NCBI GenBank assembly: GCA_963748995.1
Contig: CAVVKU010000017.1
Location: forward strand, 11,609 to 75,608
DNA from: an uncultured Gammaproteobacteria bacterium
GTDB lineage: Bacteria > Pseudomonadota > Gammaproteobacteria > Steroidobacterales > Steroidobacteraceae
Direction of reading: 5' to 3'
DNA: 64,000 nt
The position numbers and the translations under genes are program-made. The notes under the pieces were generated by a model, which was given only the letters and a program-made list of their open reading frames with translations, searched no databases and was not told the origin of the DNA. Shown here one piece after another: positions 39,301 to 45,819 of this stretch; the first letter of the stretch is position 1; each line of letters begins with the position of its first letter.

Positions 39301-42300
39301 TGCCGAAGGGGATGCTGAGGCCGCTGGCGGAGGTCGAGGTGAGACTGCCGGCGCCAAGGACCAAGGAGGCGGCGTCCACGGTGATATCGCCGAAGGGCGC
39401 CCGCAGCACACCGTCTTGGATAACCGTGCCGGCGCTCAAGGTCAAGGCGCCGCCGGCCGATAGCGGCGTGGCCGCGGTCCCGGCGCTCGCGTTCACGGTG
39501 ATCACGTTGACCGTGGGCGCGGTAACGCTGCTGGGGTCCGCCGAAATCACGAACTGCGACAACGTGGTCGGATAGATCTGCTGCGCCGTCAGATTGAGAT
39601 TGCCATCGGTGAAGAGCGCGCCGTCGAAGGTGGTGGCCGTGTCGCTCGTGCTGGTCAAAAGTCCCCGGACCCGCAAGTCGCCGCTGGAGCTGAAGCTTGC
39701 CGTGCCGATTCCCTGCAGCGCGCTGGTGCCGTACAGCTCGATGAAGTGTCCGCTCACATCGAGTGTCCCACCGGTCGGGGCGCCGGGGGCACCGATGGCG
39801 TTCGCGGCAGTGACGTTGTTCAGGAACGTTACATTCGAATCGCCGAACTCGACGTACGGCGCAGTCACCCGGGCAGTCGACCCGGGGCTGACCGAATACA
39901 CGCCGGCGTCGAGCGTGATGGATTCGGCGGCACTCAGGGTCACGTTGCCGACGAAGTCGATGCGCCCCGGCAACGGTGCGTAATCGGAGAAGATTGAGAG
40001 CGGCGTCGCCTTGAGGTTGACGATGTCGAAGCCCGCGGCCGCGAGAGCGCTCGCCGATACATAGGCGTTTTCCGCGAGCGCATTCGGGATGCCGAGACCC
40101 GGATCGATGACGATGGGCGGTTGCGCGGCGCTCACGATGATCTGGCTCGAGGTGATGCCGGCATAGCCGGGGAACGAGGTGCTCCCGCCATATAGGCCCG
40201 GGGCGGTCGCGCCGAGATCATTGCGGCCGCTCGTGTCGAGGGTGAGGCTGAAAGTGCCGCCCGACGGCTGCGGCAATCCAGGGCCCGCCTTGCCGGCGGC
40301 CGCCTCGAGCTGGCCGCCGAGCTCGGCGCCATCGGATGCAGTCAAATCGATCAGGCCGCCCCCGGAGGCGACTTGCTCGCTGCGCAGCGCGCCGCCGCCG
40401 GGAGGCGTCTCGGCAATCACCCCCGCGGAGCCCGCCACGTCGATCAGAGAGCCCGGCAACAGTTCGATGAAGCCTCGGGACGCAGTCAAGGTCACAGTCC
40501 CGCCAGGCAATATCTCCCCGGTCTGTTGTCCGAGGCTATTGGGGAAGATCCTCGGCACCCCGGCTGCATTGAGCACCGCCTGCGGGCCGAGCCAAATCGC
40601 CTGGGTGTTGTTGTAGGTGGCTTCCGGTTGACTCGCAAGCAGCGAGAGAGAGATGGTCCCCCCGGGAGCGCTGAGCGTACCATCCTCGATGATGCGGACA
40701 TCGGACGAGAGGGAAAGGCTCGCGAGCGGATCCGCCAGGATTTGCGATCCGGCGCCTATGGTCAGCGAGGGCGTCGCGTTCGTGACGTTGAAATAATTGA
40801 CGCCGTTGACGCTTGCGGTGCTGGTCTCGCCGACCTGGCTGAGCGACAGGCTCACCGGTTGCCGGAGCTGATCCGGAAGCGTGGCAATTCCCGCGGTCCC
40901 GATCAACGATGTCATATTCCGGAGGCCGGCATACCCTGCGGGCAGTACCAGGTTGCTCTGCCGGAGGGTGACCGTGGTGTCGTCCGCGAGCGTGATGCCG
41001 CCTTGATCGGCAGTAAGTGCATAGTCACTGAAGCCGCCTGAGGCGAGCTGCGCGGGCGTCATCCAGAGAGTCGCGGAGTTTCCTCCGCGGCAGTTGGCGG
41101 CAGCGATACATACCGCAGAATCGGTGAGATCGAGCGTGCCGCCCTCATATATTCCATAGCCCGTGAGCGTGGCGCCCATCGCGATGCTCGGAGTGCCGCC
41201 CTGAAGCGGATCACCTTGCAATCCCGCGCCAATGCTGATCGTGCCGCCGGCACCCGCATTCAACCCGCCGCCGGTGGTGATCTGCCCACCGCCGGAGACG
41301 TCGATGCGGCTGCCGGGCGCAAGCTCCACGCCAGGGTTCGCGCTATTGATGGAAACGGCGGCAAGCGAGACATTACCTCCGTTGATGAAGAGCGGCACGG
41401 TATTGCCGGTGGGATAGAGCAGCGGATTGTCGTTGACCCATTCGCCGTCCGCGGATAGCGAAGCCTTCGGACCGAGGATGAGCGCGAAGGGCTCGGCCAG
41501 CGCCGCTCCGGCCGTCGGCTCTGCGAATGCGGTGATGTTTCCCCCGGGCGCAGTGATCTGGCCCTCGATGTCGATCGCACTCGCGGTCACGCTGAAGTTG
41601 CCGCCCGCGGGAAGCTCCACGGCGACCGAGGCCGGCAAGAGGATCTTGCCATTGGCATAGATGGTGACCGACCCAAACCCGCCTGTGCCGAGCAGCTCGG
41701 GCCGCAGCACAGAGGCCGTGTAGCTCGCCGGCAGCGGATCGCTCGACGGATTGAGGGCGGTGCCGTTGGCATTGAGGAGGGTCGGCAGCACCAGGCCGGG
41801 GGTCACCGTGACATTGTCGACCACGAAGTCCGCGTTGGCCTCGCCGGGCGTGCCGATGACGAGCGAGGCGGGCAGCGGCACTTGGTTATACGGCTGATAG
41901 GTGTTGGTATCGTAGGGCGCATTGATCGCGGCAACCGCCGTATCCGGATTGCGCTGATACAAGCCGCTTTGCACACTGGCGTCCACCGTCGAGTCGAGCA
42001 CGAACTGGCGTGCCGACACGCTGAGGCTTCCACCATTCTTACCCTCGATGTAACCGGGGGACCAGGTTGGTTGGAGCGCCTCGTAGGCGGTCGATGTGCC
42101 CCACTTGGGGTCACTCAGAGTCGCCGAGTTGGCGATGCCGACGTACGACACATTCGGGTTTGCCGAGCCAATCGGCACCACCTGCCCGGTGGTCGTGAGC
42201 AGATCGGTCGTCTTCAAGTATCCGCCCGTATACTGGATTTGCCCGCCCGCCACATCGACGGTCGAGCCCGGTGCCAGAATCGCATCCCCGGCGGAGTTAA

Positions 42301-43777
42301 TTGCGATGGTGCCGCCGTTCAAGTTTCGCTCGACCACGTTGTAGCCGATGGCCGCGACCTCGCCGCTGATGTTGGCGAGGGGCGTGCCGGTGCGGATGTC
42401 CACGTACACCGTCTGGCTGCGCAAAGGCCCGTTCTGCTGCAACGGGCTGTCCGCGAGCTCGTAGCCGCGCAGCTGCACCGGAATGACATTGTCGCTCACC
42501 GGCAGCACGATGCTCGCGCCCGACACGTCCAGGTCGGCGCCCGAGGCGACATAGACGCGGCTGCCGTCGGGACTTGCCGTGTATACGCCGGGGGACTGTG
42601 CAGCCGTGATGCTGAGCTGCCCGCCGGTCGCGCGGGTGACGCTGTCCGACAGGATCTGCACCCTCGCGCCGGTCATCGCAATTCGCGAGGGCAGCTGCGG
42701 AACGCTGTTGACGGTGGTCGCGGAACTCGCATCGAGAGTGACTTCGGTTTCGCTGTTCGCGCCCAGAGTGAGCTGTCCGCCGGTCCCGTCCTGGGGCGTT
42801 CCGTTGGTTTGACTGAGAGTGCCGCTCACGCCGGCAGCGCCCGACGGACCGATGGTGCCGTGGTCGACCGCCTGCAGGTAGATGCTGCCGTTCTCGTTGA
42901 TGCTGGTCGTCGCCGACACCCGGCCCAGCTGATTGACGGCAAGGCCGGCGAGGGTCACGTTGCCATCGGTGGCGAGGATCTGGCCGACCAGTTGTTCGGG
43001 TGACTTGACGGCCGAGTTGCTCGCCGCACCGTTCGTCACGGCCCCGCCCGTGCCTCCGACCTGTACCAGAAGGCCGCGCAGCGACGGATCCGATTGCGTC
43101 GCAAGGTAGATGGTATCGCCTGCGGCAAGCATGGTTTGGCCGCCCGGCGTGCTGATCGAGCCCTCATTGGTGATGCTCGGTGCGAAGATCAGGATCTGCC
43201 CCCCGGAGGCCGTCTGGAGGCTCGCGCGCGGGGAGATGGTCACGCCGCCCGTCGTTCCGGTCGAGAATGCCTGGAACGCGGGATTGCCGTTCGAGCCCGG
43301 GGCGATGAGCCCGCCGGATACCGCCGCGTTGGCAATGTCCAGCGTGGAGGCAAGCAGCCCGCCAACGTTCACTTGGGCGCCGCTCCCGAACACGATGCCG
43401 TTCTGATTGATGAGGAAGACCCGGCCGTTCGCGTTGAGGGCGCCGAAGATCTGGCTCGGATTCACATCGTTGATCTGGTTCAGGGCCACGGCCGAGGCGC
43501 TCGGCTGCACGAATTGCACCGTGCCGTTGGCCGAGATGTTGAAGCTCTGCCAGTTCAAGGTCACGTTGCTGGAGGTCTGGTTCACCGTGAGCTTGGAACC
43601 CGACTGAGTGGCGGTCGCCGTGCCCGCACTCACGAAACCCGCGGCACCGAATTTGCTGTTGATGCAGGCGCTCGCGGCGCACGGCACCGGCAGGGCAGTC
43701 CCCGCCGATGCCGCGGACCACGCGAACGGCAGGCAGGCGACGTTCAGGAAGGTGAAAAAGCGGGGTCGTTCGCGCAC
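33308..43777 (-). CDS. giant two-partner-secretion exoprotein (TpsA, filamentous-haemagglutinin family, 3489 aa)
   Basis: GTG start at 43777 with GGGAGGA upstream, 13 nt after the tpsB stop. Signal FFTFLNVACLPFAWSAASA. TPS domain LNWQSFNISANGTVQFVQPSASAVALNQINDVNPSQIFGALNANGRVFLINQNGIVFG. Thousands of residues of G/A/S/T-rich beta-helix-like repeats. The C-terminal region resembles DUF3739 (...GGDITVWSTDGNIDAGAGAKT...). Confidence 0.9.
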   Translation of the reverse strand: MRERPRFFTFLNVACLPFAWSAASAGTALPVPCAASACINSKFGAAGFVSAGTATATQSGSKLTVNQTSSNVTLNWQSFNISANGTVQFVQPSASAVALNQINDVNPSQIFGALNANGRVFLINQNGIVFGSGAQVNVGGLLASTLDIANAAVSGGLIAPGSNGNPAFQAFSTGTTGGVTISPRASLQTASGGQILIFAPSITNEGSISTPGGQTMLAAGDTIYLATQSDPSLRGLLVQVGGTGGAVTNGAASNSAVKSPEQLVGQILATDGNVTLAGLAVNQLGRVSATTSINENGSIYLQAVDHGTIGPSGAAGVSGTLSQTNGTPQDGTGGQLTLGANSETEVTLDASSATTVNSVPQLPSRIAMTGARVQILSDSVTRATGGQLSITAAQSPGVYTASPDGSRVYVASGADLDVSGASIVLPVSDNVIPVQLRGYELADSPLQQNGPLRSQTVYVDIRTGTPLANISGEVAAIGYNVVERNLNGGTIAINSAGDAILAPGSTVDVAGGQIQYTGGYLKTTDLLTTTGQVVPIGSANPNVSYVGIANSATLSDPKWGTSTAYEALQPTWSPGYIEGKNGGSLSVSARQFVLDSTVDASVQSGLYQRNPDTAVAAINAPYDTNTYQPYNQVPLPASLVIGTPGEANADFVVDNVTVTPGLVLPTLLNANGTALNPSSDPLPASYTASVLRPELLGTGGFGSVTIYANGKILLPASVAVELPAGGNFSVTASAIDIEGQITAPGGNITAFAEPTAGAALAEPFALILGPKASLSADGEWVNDNPLLYPTGNTVPLFINGGNVSLAAVSINSANPGVELAPGSRIDVSGGGQITTGGGLNAGAGGTISIGAGLQGDPLQGGTPSIAMGATLTGYGIYEGGTLDLTDSAVCIAAANCRGGNSATLWMTPAQLASGGFSDYALTADQGGITLADDTTVTLRQSNLVLPAGYAGLRNMTSLIGTAGIATLPDQLRQPVSLSLSQVGETSTASVNGVNYFNVTNATPSLTIGAGSQILADPLASLSLSSDVRIIEDGTLSAPGGTISLSLLASQPEATYNNTQAIWLGPQAVLNAAGVPRIFPNSLGQQTGEILPGGTVTLTASRGFIELLPGSLIDVAGSAGVIAETPPGGGALRSEQVASGGGLIDLTASDGAELGGQLEAAAGKAGPGLPQPSGGTFSLTLDTSGRNDLGATAPGLYGGSTSFPGYAGITSSQIIVSAAQPPIVIDPGLGIPNALAENAYVSASALAAAGFDIVNLKATPLSIFSDYAPLPGRIDFVGNVTLSAAESITLDAGVYSVSPGSTARVTAPYVEFGDSNVTFLNNVTAANAIGAPGAPTGGTLDVSGHFIELYGTSALQGIGTASFSSSGDLRVRGLLTSTSDTATTFDGALFTDGNLNLTAQQIYPTTLSQFVISADPSSVTAPTVNVITVNASAGTAATPLSAGGALTLSAGTVIQDGVLRAPFGDITVDAASLVLGAGSLTSTSASGLSIPFGTTQGGIDWVYPLPNGNSVIYGTDGIAPPSQQVTLRGAKVNVNKGATIDVAGGGDLEAYEWVDGTGGTNDVLSNSSTNGGRPGQFAILPSLRGGVSPYDPNISNGTTLQVGDSVYLSGMQGLAAGVYTLLPARYALLPGAFLVTQASGYQDIQSSQVIPVLGGGDIISGYQTVAGTPFGGSYGESRTGGFEVVPASIVLQQAQYTITSANEFFANQAQSAHVSSPRLPLDSGVLALVASDALTLGGALDTTAPKGGLGAEVDISSADILVAPTAVAGQAGQIVLTAGSLDALGAQTLLLGGLNNAGSITTTAQTVQIGSGAALTAPDVILTALNQVTVEGGASVTAAGSAPGSQIFSLTGDGAFLNVSAGLQSTVTRVNPAGQAGILDLAAGSTLAAPGGSVYLEATDNVATAGHLSLAGGDLAVQSSGILLGNAVPNTTGTLLSSALLGSASLRSLLLVSAAPIDMNGSVTANASDIIVDAPGFVDVGTNDVATLNASKSITLQNSQGTSFAAGSAGTGTLRLDAANIILNGGSVTASGFDLVVLRATDALTATASSALGTAGSLSLSASQITTAADVSLSMTANGAVSLLAPAKRTALAAAALGGSLSVTGSSIDVATEIELPSGRVGLTSTSGDLSIESGGSINVAGVVQQYDGVSVASPGGSVLLASAGNITLASGSSIDVSAGKGGEAGSLSLSAPGTGGTGGSVVVAGNLAGSGTAGEGGSFSIDARAFDFDALNLLLNAGGFTGARTARLRGPGDLEVLAAGSNDANAVTASQVELEADQGSVLVNAGALIDASGAHGGQVVLAAANNVIVNGSIDAHATLAGQGGGTVTLESGDAAAGSGTSQILVNAGSTINVSGAGPSADGAAGAGGSVLLSAPLATVQSWLDGTGGIALAGRIAGASRTALVANHVYQNTSGVIESQDMSTYQSDATAFMTAASTGPAAAITAAAASACNCGFELEPGVEIDAAVSAANPTGALTLNTPWNLYTWRFGADNVPGVLTLRAQGGITFDASLSDGFAATSGTGAFTLPTTASDSWSYRIVAGADFTAADPQAVLAPNAANPGTVTLCDALCAASIGATSAVTSRDYAPTMVRTGDGFIDVSASGDLVLGSQAALLYTAGVAEPGVMFSTGRLGRGSAPPLAYPIGGGDIQVSVAGDVLGAPTDQFVNAWQWRLGSAVNDGIAPALATSWTTNFQDFQQGIGALAGGNVAIRAGGDIDNLSVSIATVGVPVGGAIAGVSAPEVFGGGNLIVAAGGSILGGSYDVGRGQLSLIAGADVGPTPATLNGGTAGAAPIIGLGDASLAVTARGNVQVAEIFNPTLLAQGIFQPVTPAPVYFSTYGADSSANLTAVGGSVTLDDESIAVGNAISSSFLSANGVQPFPPGGGGVLDTLPSSVNLVALSGNVNISRSLVTSPSSSGNLQVFANQNITVGSADVLIVPDADPRGLPSAGSPVNQNGLGIYSDIEGALSLTLPDQHAAVPIYAAADAAGTLQPVRIVALNGSIDFPLSTGTPDGIWAAKPVQIVAGGDISGLNLVAQNLSSSDVTSILAGGNVTYPQERVASGQVLADASGIAIDGPGELELTAGGNVNLGTSNGIITRANLVNPVLPSTGANISVQAGIGAASPAQYAAFINTYIDNSSQFDSNLTSYIESIDNLSGLTAAQAKRIFNAIGPELQRVYVEDLFFDLLQYYGSKEAASGNGDFSGAFAAISKLFPGANPAAGSTNPYQGNINLYFSQIYTEQGGNVSLLAPGGGIDAGLALAPASFGIDKQPDQLGIVAATTGNVSTFTYGDLQIDQSRLFAANGGDITVWSTDGNIDAGAGAKTSISAPEVNIAYDSNGQPTTSLRAAIAGSGIEALAATPGVSPGNVYLFAPRGVVNAGDAGIVAGNLTVAATAVIGANNITVSGTSVGVPLAPPALGANFAGASSTAGSTAAAAENFNASSGNSGGTPVADAAIGWLNVFVTGLGEADCKPDDLECLKHEGTKARPQ

Positions 43778-43790
43778 GTCGTCCTCCCGG

Positions 43791-45515
43791 TCAGAAGCTG
43801 TAGCGCAAGGAAAAATCGATGCGCGAATCGTCTTTGAGTGTCCGTACGCCGGCGCGCTCGGGCACCGCGTAGTCCAGATAGCCGCTGATGCCCTGCGGAT
43901 TATCGAGCCGCACGCCGAAACCACGGCTCCACAGGGTGATGTTCTCGTGCTGCCCCGGCAGCGCATCGATCAGCGTGGCCACTCCGCCGTCGACGAACAC
44001 GAAAAAATACAGCGGCGCGAAAAAACTGCCGACGTGCGGGCCGAGCGGGGGACTGTGCAGTTCCACTCCGCCCGTGGCTCCCGAGTCACCGAGTGCCTCG
44101 GCCTCGAGGTAGCCCCGCACCGTGTCGACACCTCCCAGGGAGAATTGCTCATTGTTGACCAGCGGACTGTCCGACCACTGCGCGCTGAGCCGCTCCTGGA
44201 AGGCGAGTCCCCAGGGGAGCGGCTGCGTGGCGCCAAATCCCATACGCACATAAAAATAGTTGGGGTATGCGTTGTAGCGAGCATTCTCGAATTGATCGCT
44301 GCTGTTGATGAGCCCTCTGACGCCGACGTTGAAGCCGAGCGAGGCCGAGTAGAGAAAGGCGCCGCGGGCCCGGTTACCCGAGTAGACCGCCGACCAGTTG
44401 ACGTACTTGACGGGGGCCGTCACCGCTCCCGGGGTCGTGCTGCTCGCGCTGCCGTTGCTGTCCGGCAGCACCGAGGTGAGCACATCCTTGTAATCCGCGC
44501 CGAGGTTCAAGTTCTGGGAGCCGGTCGCGGAGCTGTCGATGGGCTTGAGCCAGTGCGCTCCATAGATCGAACCCTTGCCGAGCACGCCCAAGGTACCGAG
44601 CGCGAGCACATTGCTATAGGTTCGCGTATAGGAGAGCGCGGCCTCGCTGTCGCCCGAGCCGATGTGCCCGAGATAGTTGGCGATCAGCACTTCGGCATCG
44701 CTCGTGTTCGCGGGCGCCGTCTGATACATGAGCCCGAACGTATCCTGGCGCCCCCACAAATTGTCGTAGCTCAGACCCACCGTGGCGCGATTGGGTGTCG
44801 TGTCCGCCGTGTGCCGGTCGTCGTAGCTCACGAATCCCTGCAGAGGGAGCTTGTCCTTCACATCGAGGTCGACGTCGACGGAGCCGGGCTCCGAGCCCGC
44901 CTTGAGCACCGGAGTCACCACCCGATCGGGGGTCCGCGCGTTCAATTCCGTCAGCTCCTTCTGAAGCGCCGGAAACGACGGTGAGCTGCCCTGCTCGAGA
45001 GCCGGAAGGGCCGCGAGGATCTGGCGGCGCGAATAGTAGCGCTCGCCGCGCACATGCACGCTCTCGAGCTTGCCCTCCGTGACCTTCAGCCGCACGAGCC
45101 CGTCGGCCACTTGCTGCTCGGGAATATCGACGAATACGGCGCTGTAACCCGCGTCCTTGTAGGCCTTCTCGAGCGCATCGGCCGCCTGTTTCACGGTCTC
45201 GATGGTGCGATTCGGACCGAGGAACGGGTACACGGCCTTCTCGATCGCGGTCTGCGGCAGCACCTTCGTCCCGAGAACGCGAAACTCGGTGATGTCGAAC
45301 GTCGCCTCAGCTTTGGCCGCCGGTGGCGCCACGGGCGGCCCAGCCGCTTCGGCACCCTTCGACTGGCCGGTTGCGGCGAACGAAGAGACGCTGATGACCA
45401 TTCCGAGCATTCCCCTGAGGACTCGATGCTTGCCGCGCAAATTGTTGTCTCTGACCAAATAAAATGCAGATAACCGGGTGTTCGACCGGAAGATCCGCCG
45501 AGTCTTTGCATCCAC
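43791..45515 (-). CDS. ShlB/FhaC/HecB-family TpsB outer-membrane transporter
   Basis: POTRA region FDITEFRVLGTKVLPQTAIEKAVYPFLGP...LEKAYKDAGYSAVFVDIPEQ, then a beta-barrel ending ...IDFSLRYSF. Maximal ORF is given. Codon usage suggests the real start is TTG 45440 or ATG 45410/45401. Confidence 0.88.
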   Translation of the reverse strand: MDAKTRRIFRSNTRLSAFYLVRDNNLRGKHRVLRGMLGMVISVSSFAATGQSKGAEAAGPPVAPPAAKAEATFDITEFRVLGTKVLPQTAIEKAVYPFLGPNRTIETVKQAADALEKAYKDAGYSAVFVDIPEQQVADGLVRLKVTEGKLESVHVRGERYYSRRQILAALPALEQGSSPSFPALQKELTELNARTPDRVVTPVLKAGSEPGSVDVDLDVKDKLPLQGFVSYDDRHTADTTPNRATVGLSYDNLWGRQDTFGLMYQTAPANTSDAEVLIANYLGHIGSGDSEAALSYTRTYSNVLALGTLGVLGKGSIYGAHWLKPIDSSATGSQNLNLGADYKDVLTSVLPDSNGSASSTTPGAVTAPVKYVNWSAVYSGNRARGAFLYSASLGFNVGVRGLINSSDQFENARYNAYPNYFYVRMGFGATQPLPWGLAFQERLSAQWSDSPLVNNEQFSLGGVDTVRGYLEAEALGDSGATGGVELHSPPLGPHVGSFFAPLYFFVFVDGGVATLIDALPGQHENITLWSRGFGVRLDNPQGISGYLDYAVPERAGVRTLKDDSRIDFSLRYSF

Positions 45516-45597
45516 TCAATCCGGCACGACGATGGTCGGCCGATTATTTTTGATGGAAGTCGCTCCGGCAGAATGCCTGCGGGTCGACAGGGGGTGG

Positions 45598-45653
45598 ATC
45601 ATCTTGGGTGCGGGTGTCACTGGTGTGATTGAAGTGTGACAATTCAGTAACAT
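45598..45653 (-). promoter_or_regulatory. conserved promoter element copy 1 (upstream of tpsB): three phased repeats + 10 nt + GATGAT
   Basis: The coding strand reads TGTTACTGAAT TTGTCAC ACTT CAATCAC ACCA GTGACAC ccgcacccaa GATGAT. It is about 85% identical over about 50 nt to copy 2 at 48491-48546. Confidence 0.6.
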
Positions 45654-45737
45654 GGCGTTCCATTCCCGAAGAAAGGGCGGCACCCGGAACGCCGCCTGCA
45701 TGGCTTGGGAACGAGCCTAAGTCCGGCGTTCGATGCG

Positions 45738-45774
45738 CCAAAAAGCGGGCCACCAGGTTGCCCTGGTGGCCCGC
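45738..45774 (-). terminator. rho-independent terminator after the PstS-like gene
   Basis: The coding strand reads GCGGGCCACCAGG-GCAA-CCTGGTGGCCCGC followed by TTTTTGG. A second weaker hairpin GGCGGC-N9-GCCGCC + CTTTCTT lies at 45676-45696. Confidence 0.8.
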
Positions 45775-45819
45775 TCGAGTCCTCGTGGACCCGATCCGAA
45801 GTGCCTGGAATTGCCGCGA

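Noticed and set aside
33308-43777. TpsA as a contact-dependent inhibition (CdiA-type) toxin with a downstream immunity gene
   Set aside because: I could not find a VENN/pretoxin motif. The C-terminus is a short Cys-bracketed peptide. The next ORF is the 602-aa ExbB fusion, not a small immunity protein.
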